Origin: an uncultured Candidatus Entotheonella sp.
Lineage (GTDB): Bacteria > Tectomicrobia > Entotheonellia > Entotheonellales > Entotheonellaceae
Reading direction: 5' to 3'
DNA length: 64,000 nt
Assembly: GCA_965215335.1 (NCBI GenBank)
Contig: CBDCDA010000001.1
Coordinates: forward strand, 576,001 to 640,000
Within the stretch, counting starts at the first letter, position 1. Every line of letters begins with the position of its first letter. Below, one piece after another: positions 1-9,004 of this stretch. Position numbers and translations under genes: made by a program. The notes below the pieces were generated by a model. It searched no databases. It was not told where the DNA came from and was given only the letters and a program-made list of their open reading frames with translations.

Positions 1-81
1 GGTGGGACGGAATGCCACCTGTCCGTGCGGCAGCGGCAAGAAATACAAAAGGTGCTGCGGCAGCTGAGACTCTGGCGCCGC

Positions 82-729
82 CTACTTGTTGTTGCTCACG
101 TACACCACTTTCCACAGATCGATCTTGTTCAATGAATACTTGTGCTGGATGCTCAACCCTGCATAGTGCACGAGATACTCCAAAGCCAGATCGGAACGCC
201 AACCGATTTTTTTGCACAACGGGGACAGCCACTTTTCGACCTGCGCAATAAGCTTGTTCTGGCTTTGGAAATGGTTGATGATCACGATCTTCCCGTCAGG
301 CCTGCTCACCCGCTTGATTTCCGTGACAACCTGAATCGGATCGGGAACCACGCTAATCACAAAGGCGGCGATGACAACGTCAAAGGCGTCATCCGCAAAC
401 GCCAGTTGTCCAGCATCCATCTCCAGCAGCGTCACGTGATCCAACTGCTCCTGCCGTATCTTCTTCTGAGCCTCTCGCAACATGCTGTTGGAGAGGTCGA
501 CCCCGGCAACCTGCACATGCCGAGGATACAGGGGCAACGACAGCCCGGTTCCAACGCCCAGGTCCAGCACTCGCTGCCCTTCCTGCAGAGATAACGAACG
601 GATGACGTGCTGTTGGCGCGGGTAAAACCAGCGCTTGAAGATGAAGTCGTAGACCCGCGAGTAGGCCGCGTAAATTTTCTTGATACTGGATGTTTCCATT
701 TCCTGTTTCACAGAGTCCACCAAATTCAT
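82..729 (-). CDS. Class I SAM-dependent methyltransferase, phospholipid N-methyltransferase (PmtA)-like
   Basis: VLDLGVGTG SAM motif I, GVDLS, MDA, FDVV, and C-terminal INHF...IGWR pattern typical of PmtA-like proteins. Confidence 0.75.
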   Translation of the reverse strand: MNLVDSVKQEMETSSIKKIYAAYSRVYDFIFKRWFYPRQQHVIRSLSLQEGQRVLDLGVGTGLSLPLYPRHVQVAGVDLSNSMLREAQKKIRQEQLDHVTLLEMDAGQLAFADDAFDVVIAAFVISVVPDPIQVVTEIKRVSRPDGKIVIINHFQSQNKLIAQVEKWLSPLCKKIGWRSDLALEYLVHYAGLSIQHKYSLNKIDLWKVVYVSNNK

Positions 730-747
730 CCCTTCCGTGCGAGTGAA

Positions 748-1839
748 TCAGATACGACAGCGTTGTCGGGCCGCGTCGATTATCGCCCCTATCAGCTCAG
801 GATACGACATGCCGGCTGCTTGTGCCGATCGTGGGAACCAGTAACTGGGGTCTATCCCGGCTATTGGATTGAGTTCGAGAACCTGGGGAACCCGGTCGGC
901 TCCCAATCGCATATCAACACGGCACCAATCCCGGCATTCAAGAGCACGATAAGCTTGCAGGGCCATCCTATGCAAAGCCTCGGCAAGGGCCTGGGGTACA
1001 TCGGCCGGACATGCCGACTTGGTGAGAGAGACGGGCACCTCCAGTTCCACCCCGGCGTCCGTTTGCAGCAGAGCAAACCGCCGGTCCGCGCTGAGCTTGA
1101 CGTCGTCAGCAGGCACAATACGCTTCCCTTGCGCACGAGCCAGCATCCGAATCACAGGATCGTCAGGTTGAAAGAGTGTAATTGCGCGAGGCCCCTTGAA
1201 TAGCACCTCGACAACGGGCAGCGCGCGGGCAGGCGAATTACCAATGATCGGCACCGTAAACTCCCGCCCGGCAACGAATTGCTCAATCAATACGGGCTGA
1301 TTGTAAGTCTCCCCGAGATACCTGACCCGCCTCCTGAGGGCTTCTTCCGTTTCCACGACCGATTCATAAGAAAGCCCCATACTGGAGCCTTCGTGCAGCA
1401 GCTTGACGATCAGCGGATACACCAAGTCATCAGATAAAGGCTCATCCGGACCATGCCATACTTGAAAGGCCGGCGTGGGAATACCATGCCACGACAAAAG
1501 CTCCTTTGTCTTGGCCTTATGCAGACACAGAGCCAGTGACAATGGACCAGACCCTGTGTAGGGAATGCCGAGCATTTCCAGCATTGCGGGAATCTGTACC
1601 TCGCGGTCCTCTCCGCGGATGCCTTCGGCAATGTTGAACACGAGGTCAGCCCCACCCGCGCGCAGCCGCTCGTAGGCCTCTTCATCCGCTTCGATCAGCA
1701 CCACCTCATGGCCATGGCATGCAATGGCATCACGCAAGACATGAATCGTCGGCGTGCAATCCAACTCTGCCGTCTTGTCCAGGGGTTCCTGAAGCAGCAT
1801 GCCCGGCGTGATACCGTTGTATACGAGGGCGATCTTCAG
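748..1839 (-). CDS. D-Ala-D-Ala ligase-like ATP-grasp enzyme
   Basis: LVFNIAEG, YTGSG, EGSSMG, GREFT, RVDMR, LELNPIAG motifs. Frame extends upstream of the track ATG (1800) as CTG-KIALVYN, preceded by GGAG. Confidence 0.8.
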   Translation of the reverse strand: MKIALVYNGITPGMLLQEPLDKTAELDCTPTIHVLRDAIACHGHEVVLIEADEEAYERLRAGGADLVFNIAEGIRGEDREVQIPAMLEMLGIPYTGSGPLSLALCLHKAKTKELLSWHGIPTPAFQVWHGPDEPLSDDLVYPLIVKLLHEGSSMGLSYESVVETEEALRRRVRYLGETYNQPVLIEQFVAGREFTVPIIGNSPARALPVVEVLFKGPRAITLFQPDDPVIRMLARAQGKRIVPADDVKLSADRRFALLQTDAGVELEVPVSLTKSACPADVPQALAEALHRMALQAYRALECRDWCRVDMRLGADRVPQVLELNPIAGIDPSYWFPRSAQAAGMSYPELIGAIIDAARQRCRI

Positions 1840-2675
1840 GTCGTATCTCCTCGGCGGGCCTCGCGGTCATGAAGACGATCTGCGCATGCTGTCAAGGCGT
1901 CAAACCATTCGCGACCAAATACGTACACCAACTCGTTCCGAAAACTCTCGTAAATGCAAGGCGCACCGGGGATAGGCTCAGTCAGACAACGCTTCTTCGC
2001 GTAACTTTCCGACTCTTCGGTGAAATGCCGTGTCTCCTCGGTATGCACGGTGAGGAAGAACTGCCCCGTGTAGAGCGGGATCAATGCCAGTGGCCAGAAC
2101 CAGCAATCCGTCGGCTTTACTTCCAGATACGATATCCCCGAGTGCGCGGCATAGGCATGGATGGCACACCGCACCTGTCCCTGCATCCCGTCGTGGTGCA
2201 ACGTCCGAAAGATGCACTGGTCACCCCACAACGTGTGCATCTTGGCGAAATCAAGTTCTCGTTCCTCCGACGAATTAGCGCGGGCGGTCTCGGCAAACGC
2301 CTCGCCCCGCACCTCTGCACCCTTTGTTCGCAGCATTTCCTTGACGGCGAACTGCCCTTCCGGGCTCATGTGCGGCACAATACCGTCAAGGTGAGCGGCG
2401 ATACGTTGACGCTCCTCCTGGGAAATGAACACCACAGGACCCCGGCAACAATCTCCGTAGGCCGCCAATTCGTTGTAGAACGTGAAGCCATAATCATCCA
2501 GCTTGTTCGGCAGCGCCTTCAAGGCCAGGCAATGAGCGCCATCGCACGCATAGCGGCGCATCAAGATATTCTCGACGTCAACAACGACATTACCAATCGT
2601 CTCACACGCATGCTGCTTGATGTAATGAATAACGGGGGATTTATCGAAGAAACTTGCCAACTTGCGTCGAAACAT
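1836..2675 (-). CDS. DUF3109-like Cys-cluster protein
   Basis: C-x4-C, GDCC, CIF, CAIH...KPTDCWFWPL pattern. ATG at 2675 follows GGGAGG. Confidence 0.6.
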   Translation of the reverse strand: MFRRKLASFFDKSPVIHYIKQHACETIGNVVVDVENILMRRYACDGAHCLALKALPNKLDDYGFTFYNELAAYGDCCRGPVVFISQEERQRIAAHLDGIVPHMSPEGQFAVKEMLRTKGAEVRGEAFAETARANSSEERELDFAKMHTLWGDQCIFRTLHHDGMQGQVRCAIHAYAAHSGISYLEVKPTDCWFWPLALIPLYTGQFFLTVHTEETRHFTEESESYAKKRCLTEPIPGAPCIYESFRNELVYVFGREWFDALTACADRLHDREARRGDTT

Positions 2676-2727
2676 GCGGCCTCCCTTGCCACAGTTACCT
2701 GCATCAATCGTCTTCAAAGAGACAATG

Positions 2728-3519
2728 TCAGGCGGGCCGCAGGAGGTCATCCATGCCATAAAGACCGGAGCTTTGCCGGACAGTCCACGCCGCGGCCCGC
2801 ACCGCGCCACGGGCAAATGTGTCCCGGCTCTGGGAACGATGGATCAACTCAATTCGCTCGCCGATACCGCCGAACAGCACCGTGTGCTCGCCAACAATGT
2901 CACCGGCCCGCACGGCCTGAATGCCAATGGCCGCATCGGGTCGCTGCCCCACCCTCCCCCGCCGTCCATAAACCGCCGCCTCATCCAGGTTCGTGCCAAG
3001 TGCCTCGGCCATGATGGACGCCATCCGAAGAGCCGTACCGCTGGGCGCGTCAATTTTCGTTCGATGGTGAGCTTCAAGAATCTCAATGTCGTAATCAGGC
3101 CCCAGCAGGGTAACCAGTTGTCGTAAAGCCTGATACATCACGTGCACGCCGACGCTCATGTTGGGAGCCAGAAAACAAGGCACTCTCTGGCTCAGTTGCT
3201 GAATTTCATCGTGCTGGGCAGCCGTAAAACCTGTCGTTCCAATGACCATGGCCCTGCCGAAGTCGCTTGCCATTTTCAGATAGGCAACAGCGGCTTCCGG
3301 CACCGAAAAATCGATCACCACATCCGCCTGCGCCAATATCGGCGCAGCATCGTCCGTGATCTTTATGGCGGTAGCGCCGCCCCCGACGTCACGGCCGACG
3401 GTCGGATGCTGCGGGCGCGTCACGGCGCCGGCGAGGGTGAACTGCGCGTCAGCTCGTGTCATGGCGATCACCCGCTGCCCCATCCTTCCAGTTGCTCCTG
3501 TGACAACGACCCGTATCAA
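2728..3519 (-). CDS. dapB: 4-hydroxy-tetrahydrodipicolinate reductase
   Basis: GATGRMG, IDFS, GTTG, EAHHRTKIDAPSGTA. Confidence 0.97.
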   Translation of the reverse strand: MIRVVVTGATGRMGQRVIAMTRADAQFTLAGAVTRPQHPTVGRDVGGGATAIKITDDAAPILAQADVVIDFSVPEAAVAYLKMASDFGRAMVIGTTGFTAAQHDEIQQLSQRVPCFLAPNMSVGVHVMYQALRQLVTLLGPDYDIEILEAHHRTKIDAPSGTALRMASIMAEALGTNLDEAAVYGRRGRVGQRPDAAIGIQAVRAGDIVGEHTVLFGGIGERIELIHRSQSRDTFARGAVRAAAWTVRQSSGLYGMDDLLRPA

Positions 3520-3770
3520 CGATTTATCCTCCTAACGCGTTCCCCTTCGAGGTCCTGCGCCCACGGCCACCCACTCAGGCTCCCCGACCCCAGCACCTGG
3601 GCCGTGTTCTGCTTGAGCGGTCTCGGTGGCTTCTTGCGCCCGCAGCCGGTGGTCATCTCGAGCACAAGCAGACTGAACAGCACGAGGCCGCAAACCCATA
3701 AGACCAGCCGTTTCCCGCTCGGCTCCGCGATCACATTCAGTTCTCCGACACCTTGCTGCTCACGGCTCAT
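3516..3770 (-). CDS. Small lipoprotein, LptM/YifL-like
   Basis: Hydrophobic segment followed by TTG-CGRKKPPRPL. Overlaps ftsK stop and dapB start. Exact start uncertain. Confidence 0.5.
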   Translation of the reverse strand: MSREQQGVGELNVIAEPSGKRLVLWVCGLVLFSLLVLEMTTGCGRKKPPRPLKQNTAQVLGSGSLSGWPWAQDLEGERVRRINR

Positions 3771-6498
3771 CGTGCGTGTCCCGCACCAACACTTCCCGTG
3801 GCTTTACGCCATCCGCCGGTCCCACGACCCCCTCCTTCTCCATCACCTCGATCATCCGCGCCGCACGGTTGTAGCCGACCCGCAAGCGCCGCTGCAGCAT
3901 GGAAATGGAGGCCTGTCCCGTGCGCGCCACAAGTGCAATGGCCTCGTCGTATTTCTCGTCGTACTCGCTGTCCTCATCGCCCACCCGCTCGCCAATGGGC
4001 TCCAGAAAGCTGTCATTGTAGTTCGGCTGTTCGATCGCCTTCCACGCCTCCACCAACCGCGTGATTTCCTGCTCCGACACATACGCGCCGTGCACGCGCT
4101 GCGGTTTCGACGTTCCGGGTGCGAGGAAGAGCATATCCCCTCGCCCCAACAGCGTTTCCGCGCCATTGGCATCAAGGATCGTACGAGAGTCGGTCTTGGA
4201 TGTCACCTGAAACGACAGGCGAGCAGGAAAATTGGCTTTGATGACACCCGTCAGCACGTCGACCGACGGGCGCTGCGTAGCAACAATCAGATGAATTCCC
4301 GCGGCCCGCGCCATCTGGGCGATACGCATCAGCGAGTCCTCGACCTCACGGGACGAAACCATCATCAGGTCGGAGAGTTCATCCACCACCACCACAAGAT
4401 AGGGTAACGGTTCGGCCGGCGCCGATTGGTTCTCGGCGTTCCCCCCGTCACCGCTGTGGCTACTGGCCTGTCCGTCTCTGATTTTCTGGTTATATTGCGC
4501 AATACTGCGGACGCCCTTGGCGGCCAGAAGCTGGTAACGCCTTTCCATCTCCGCAACCACACGCCGCAGCGCCACAGCGGCCTTCTTGGCGTCGGTGACA
4601 ACCGGCACAAGCAGGTGCGGAATGCCGTCGTAGATAGAAAATTCCAGCATCTTGGGATCAATCATGATCAGCTTGACCTCGGCCGGCGTCGCCCGAAACA
4701 GCAGGCTGCAAATCACACTGTTGAGTCCAACGCTTTTGCCGGATCCGGTCGCCCCCGCAACCAGCAGATGGGGAATGAGCGCAAGGTCTGTAATGACCGG
4801 CTGACCCAGAATGTCTTTGCCCAGAACCATACTCAACTTTGACGGCGAGCCTTGAAACTCCTCGCTATCCAGCAAACTCCGCAACGCCACCGTTTCCCGT
4901 CGCACATTGGGAATCTCGATGCCCACCACGGCCTTGCCGGGAACGGGTGCCACAATCCGCACGCTGAGAGCCCGCATGACGAGAGCCAGATCGTCCTGCA
5001 AACTGGCAATTTTATTGACCTTGACACCGGCGGCAGGGGCAAATTCGTACATGGTAATGACCGGGCCCGGCGAAACCTGCACGACTTCCCCATCAACGCC
5101 AAATTCCCGCAGTCTTTGTTCGAGGAAGCGCGCCTGTTCCATGAGATCCTCGTCGCTTCGACCTTCCCCGGTATCCAGCGGGGTATCAAGCAAATCCAGT
5201 GAGGGCAATTGGGGCTGCCGAGACGGCGTCACGTGCTTGACAGGAAGCGGTTGTAATACGGGAACTCGTGACGCGCGGACGTCTGAAGGAGGCGCCTGCT
5301 CCATACTCGGCTCAGCAACACCGTCTTCAGGGACAGGCTGTTCGGTGCAAGGCGCTTCCTCCCGGCCGATTTCTTCGGAAATCATTTCGCGTGGGCAGGC
5401 TTCGACGATCCGAGGAGGTTCCTTCACACGCCCTGCACGGAACGACGGCGGCTTGGGAACTTGCGAAGCACGGGATCCTGAAGGGGCCACCTCGCCTGTG
5501 TCCGCGCTCGGGTCAACAGCGTTATCTTCGGGCACAGGCCGTTCGACAAGAGGCGGTTCCTCCCCGCCACTTTTTTCAGAAACCGGTTCGCGTGCGGGCG
5601 CTTGGGAGGGACCCCGAGATTTCATCTCGCGCTGCGCCAGGAATGAGGGCGGCCTGGAAACTTTCGATGCACGACTTTCCGAAGAAACTGCCTGCTCCAT
5701 GGTTGGGTCAGCGACACTGGTTTCCGTTGCAAGCCGTCTGGCACGCCGTCCCGCCACCCGGTCGCCTCTTTCAGAATCAGAAATCGTTTGGTCAATAGAT
5801 GCACCTCGCTCATCAGATGCACCTCGCTCATCGCCGCCCTGGAAACCAGAAGGAGAGGGTCTCGGGTCCAAATTCTCATCGAACAAGAACGCTTCGTCAG
5901 AATCATCACCCGCTCTCGTCGCCCTGACGGTGGCAACCACGTGCCTGACTCCCCTGAACACAGGCAGCCGCGCGCAACTCGACATAACCCACAGCACAGA
6001 CAATCCTGCCACGGCGTAAGTGCCCGGCAACTCGAGATAAGGCACCAGGAATTCAACTAGCCATTGACCACTCGCCCCGCCCGCCAACAACCCGGCTTTG
6101 AAGAAAGGGTCGTCGACCCAATATAGCTGCGCCAGCGTGCTGGCAGCCACCATCAACAGCAGGCCACGCCACGCCGCCCCTATGATTTGCCTGATGCGGG
6201 CCCGCATCAGGCAAATCGCCCCCAGTGCCGTGCAGGCAATGAAGACAAACACCGCGCTCCCGAACAATTGCAATCCCCAATCGGCAAGAAAAGCACCCAT
6301 TCGACCCCCAAGGTTTTCGACATCAATCACCTCGCGGCTCGTATAGTGATTCCAGGTCGGATCGTCCAGCGAATAAGAACAGACGCTCAGCAAGACAAAG
6401 ATCATGCTCATCAGCATGAGAAAACCCATCAACTGACTCACCCGCCTGGTCATAACAAGCATATACTTGAATGCTCCTCGCCTTAGAGACCCAAACAA
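3760..6498 (-). CDS. ftsK: DNA translocase FtsK
   Basis: N-terminal 4TM domain (NLGGRMGA), Pro/Glu-rich linker, HLLVAGATGSGKS, DELSDLM, ATQRPSVDV, gamma domain LQRRLRVGYNRAAR. Confidence 0.97.
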   Translation of the reverse strand: MFGSLRRGAFKYMLVMTRRVSQLMGFLMLMSMIFVLLSVCSYSLDDPTWNHYTSREVIDVENLGGRMGAFLADWGLQLFGSAVFVFIACTALGAICLMRARIRQIIGAAWRGLLLMVAASTLAQLYWVDDPFFKAGLLAGGASGQWLVEFLVPYLELPGTYAVAGLSVLWVMSSCARLPVFRGVRHVVATVRATRAGDDSDEAFLFDENLDPRPSPSGFQGGDERGASDERGASIDQTISDSERGDRVAGRRARRLATETSVADPTMEQAVSSESRASKVSRPPSFLAQREMKSRGPSQAPAREPVSEKSGGEEPPLVERPVPEDNAVDPSADTGEVAPSGSRASQVPKPPSFRAGRVKEPPRIVEACPREMISEEIGREEAPCTEQPVPEDGVAEPSMEQAPPSDVRASRVPVLQPLPVKHVTPSRQPQLPSLDLLDTPLDTGEGRSDEDLMEQARFLEQRLREFGVDGEVVQVSPGPVITMYEFAPAAGVKVNKIASLQDDLALVMRALSVRIVAPVPGKAVVGIEIPNVRRETVALRSLLDSEEFQGSPSKLSMVLGKDILGQPVITDLALIPHLLVAGATGSGKSVGLNSVICSLLFRATPAEVKLIMIDPKMLEFSIYDGIPHLLVPVVTDAKKAAVALRRVVAEMERRYQLLAAKGVRSIAQYNQKIRDGQASSHSGDGGNAENQSAPAEPLPYLVVVVDELSDLMMVSSREVEDSLMRIAQMARAAGIHLIVATQRPSVDVLTGVIKANFPARLSFQVTSKTDSRTILDANGAETLLGRGDMLFLAPGTSKPQRVHGAYVSEQEITRLVEAWKAIEQPNYNDSFLEPIGERVGDEDSEYDEKYDEAIALVARTGQASISMLQRRLRVGYNRAARMIEVMEKEGVVGPADGVKPREVLVRDTHDEP
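5797..5832. repeat. Perfect 2 x 18-bp tandem repeat in the ftsK linker (DERGAS x2)
   Basis: agatgcacctcgctcatc at 5797-5814 and 5815-5832. Confidence 0.9.
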
Positions 6499-6551
6499 CT
6501 ATCACGCTGCCTAACCGCAACCTGTTTCAGACGCCCTGCCTTGCGCTTTCT

Positions 6552-6581
6552 TTGACTTGATCTTGCGGACAATGCTAGCAT
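6552..6581 (+). promoter_or_regulatory. Putative sigma70-type promoter for the DUF151-PDZ/thiE genes
   Basis: TTGACT-18 nt-TAGCAT with an extended -10 TGn. Confidence 0.4.
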
Positions 6582-6686
6582 GCAAAGACAGAGAATCAGG
6601 TGGCATGGTGCTTGGCTCGTCGTACGTCCGCCCTGTCAAATTGCCTAGGCGTATAGTCGCGTCCTCAATCCTCCTGGAGAAAACGT

Positions 6687-7481
6687 ATGAAACGACGCAG
6701 CCTCGTCTTTTTGCTGAGCCTGTTGATGGTCGGCTTTGGCAACCTCGGATACGCCGACGATGCGGTCGAAATGAGGGTGAGAGGCGTCACCATGGATCCC
6801 GAAAGGCATTCCCCCATCGTCATCCTCGAGGGCAACCAGGGACATGAGGCGTTTCCGATTTGGATCGGCCTGCCCGAGGCCCGCGCCATTGCCCTGGAGC
6901 TTGAGGGCGTAGACACGCCCCGGCCGCTGACCCATGCACTTCTCAACAATATACTAGTCAATTTGAAAATTGGTGTACGGCGCATCTTTATCAACGATCT
7001 CCGGAACAACACCTATTTTGCCAGGATTGATTTGCAACGCGACTCCGAAAAAATAACCATCGACGCTCGTCCGAGTGATGCCATCGCGCTCGCCATACGG
7101 GCGAACGCGCCCATATTCGTCGCCCACAAAGTGTTGGAGGCCACGCGCACCGTCATCCTCACCGGACCGGGGACGCAGGAGCACTCCGCCAAGATGTGCG
7201 GCATTTATGTTCAGCGTCTTACCCCACAGCTCGCCCGCATCTTCAACCTGACCACTACGGACGGGATTTTGGTGGCATCCGCTGAGCCAGAGCGTCACAC
7301 CGAGGGTCGCGACGTGCGTCGCGGAGACGTGATCACAGAGGCGGATGGAACGAAGATCAAAACCATTCAGGACTTTCAAGACCTCTGCCGGAACAAGGAG
7401 GCGGGGGAGGAAGTCGTTTTACATGTAACCAGGGACCAGCGGCCCATTGAACTGAAATTGTCCCTCTCAGCTCTCGATTAG
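6687..7481 (+). CDS. Bifunctional nuclease (DUF151/BFN) domain fused to a C-terminal PDZ domain, with N-terminal signal peptide
   Basis: PIWIGLPEA, RPLTH, IDARPSDAIALA. C-terminal GIYVQ..TPQLA..F.L...GILV...RRGDVI resembles HtrA-type PDZ. N-terminus MKRR plus hydrophobic stretch. Confidence 0.85.
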   Translation: MKRRSLVFLLSLLMVGFGNLGYADDAVEMRVRGVTMDPERHSPIVILEGNQGHEAFPIWIGLPEARAIALELEGVDTPRPLTHALLNNILVNLKIGVRRIFINDLRNNTYFARIDLQRDSEKITIDARPSDAIALAIRANAPIFVAHKVLEATRTVILTGPGTQEHSAKMCGIYVQRLTPQLARIFNLTTTDGILVASAEPERHTEGRDVRRGDVITEADGTKIKTIQDFQDLCRNKEAGEEVVLHVTRDQRPIELKLSLSALD

Positions 7482-7493
7482 GGAGGCCATCGC

Positions 7494-8147
7494 ATGCGGC
7501 CGTTCGGCGAGTGTACCCTCTATCTGATAACCGAGCGCACCCTGTCCCGTGGCCGTTCTGCCGTTGACGTCGTGCGGGCAGCTCTGGCAGGCGGTGTCGA
7601 TGTGGTTCAACTCCGCGACAAGGAAGCCGAGGCAGCCGTCATCGTTGGGGAAGGCTTGCGGGTTCACGAGCTGACGGCGCGTTATCAGGTGCCGCTTATC
7701 GTCAATGATCGCGTCGATATTGCTTTGGCTATCGAGGCGGAGGGAGCTCACGTAGGGCAGACAGACCTGCCGGCCGACAGGGCCAGAAAGCTGCTGCCAG
7801 CGCCGAATCTACTCGGCGTCTCCACGTCTTCGGTCGACATGGCACGCCGCGCTCAGCAACAACAGGCCGATTACATAGGATTCGGGCCCATCTATCAGAC
7901 GGCCACGAAAGAAACAGCAGCTTCGCCTCGCGGCACTGAGACAATGCGCAATATCCTTGAAGAAATCGACATCCCACTCGTCGCCTTGGGAGGGATTTCA
8001 GATCGCAACATATCGAAGGTTGTCGCGGCAGGCGCTGACCACGTGGCGGTCTGCTCCGCAATCGTAAGCGCCAAGGACATCGAACGGACCGCCGCCACCC
8101 TCAAAGAATTGATGCTGCAGGCGCAGGCGGAACGGCGTGCTCAGTAA
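7494..8147 (+). CDS. thiE: Thiamine-phosphate synthase
   Basis: VQLRDK, IVNDRVDIA, HVGQTD, TATK, ALGGI. Confidence 0.95.
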   Translation: MRPFGECTLYLITERTLSRGRSAVDVVRAALAGGVDVVQLRDKEAEAAVIVGEGLRVHELTARYQVPLIVNDRVDIALAIEAEGAHVGQTDLPADRARKLLPAPNLLGVSTSSVDMARRAQQQQADYIGFGPIYQTATKETAASPRGTETMRNILEEIDIPLVALGGISDRNISKVVAAGADHVAVCSAIVSAKDIERTAATLKELMLQAQAERRAQ

Positions 8148-8149
8148 GC

Positions 8150-8950
8150 CTACGAAGCGGCGGCGTGATGATCTCGCGGTCGCAGCAGGTACAGTCCGGC
8201 TACGATCATCACCAGGCTCACCACATGCGGCAATCGCAGGGAGCCGAGATAAAGGTCATCGGCGCGAAAGAGAGAGGTGAACGACCGCACGCAGGCATAG
8301 TAGATGAGATACACCCCTGCCAGCCCGCCCTCGGGCAAGCGTGACTTGCGCAGACGCCACAGCAACATGAAGCCGACCAGGTTCAAAACCAACTCGTAGA
8401 GCATGACCGGATGCAGCGGCGCTTGGCCAAACTCCCGCCCGGCAATGCTTGAAGGCGGAAACACCACGCCCAGCCATTCCGGGAAATGCTGCAGCCAGCC
8501 CGGCAGTTGCGGTGAACGCAACGGATAGCCATGCGCGTCGCCATTCATGAAATTACCGAAGCGGCCCAGAGCGTGTCCCAGAATCAATGCCGGAACGGCC
8601 ATGTCCCACAGCGTTCGCACAGAGATACCGCCTGCCCTGGCGTATAGCCACAAGCCCATCATGCCGCCGATGATGCCGCCGTGGATCGCCATGCCGCCTT
8701 CCCAGATGGCGAATATCTTCAATGGGCTGGCACTGTAATAGCCCCATTTGAAAATCACGTAATACAGACGTCCGCCCAAGAATCCCGCCACAAAGGCGTA
8801 AAAGGCCGCATCCACAATACGCTCCGGCGGCAGGCCGCGCCTCTTGGCCTCCAGACGCAGCAGGATAATACCGACCAACAGCGCAACTACGTACATCAGA
8901 CCGTAATACCGCACCACAAATGGCCCTATGCGAAACACCTCCGGGTACAC
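8150..8950 (-). CDS. lgt: Prolipoprotein diacylglyceryl transferase
   Basis: YYGLMY, GGRLYYV, WEGGMAIHGG, GRFGNFMN, HPVMLYE. Confidence 0.95.
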   Translation of the reverse strand: MYPEVFRIGPFVVRYYGLMYVVALLVGIILLRLEAKRRGLPPERIVDAAFYAFVAGFLGGRLYYVIFKWGYYSASPLKIFAIWEGGMAIHGGIIGGMMGLWLYARAGGISVRTLWDMAVPALILGHALGRFGNFMNGDAHGYPLRSPQLPGWLQHFPEWLGVVFPPSSIAGREFGQAPLHPVMLYELVLNLVGFMLLWRLRKSRLPEGGLAGVYLIYYACVRSFTSLFRADDLYLGSLRLPHVVSLVMIVAGLYLLRPRDHHAAAS

Positions 8951-9004
8951 CGCAATTCTCCAGGTTTCGGTACTACGTCAGCACATCCAAAGAACCCACC
9001 GGCG

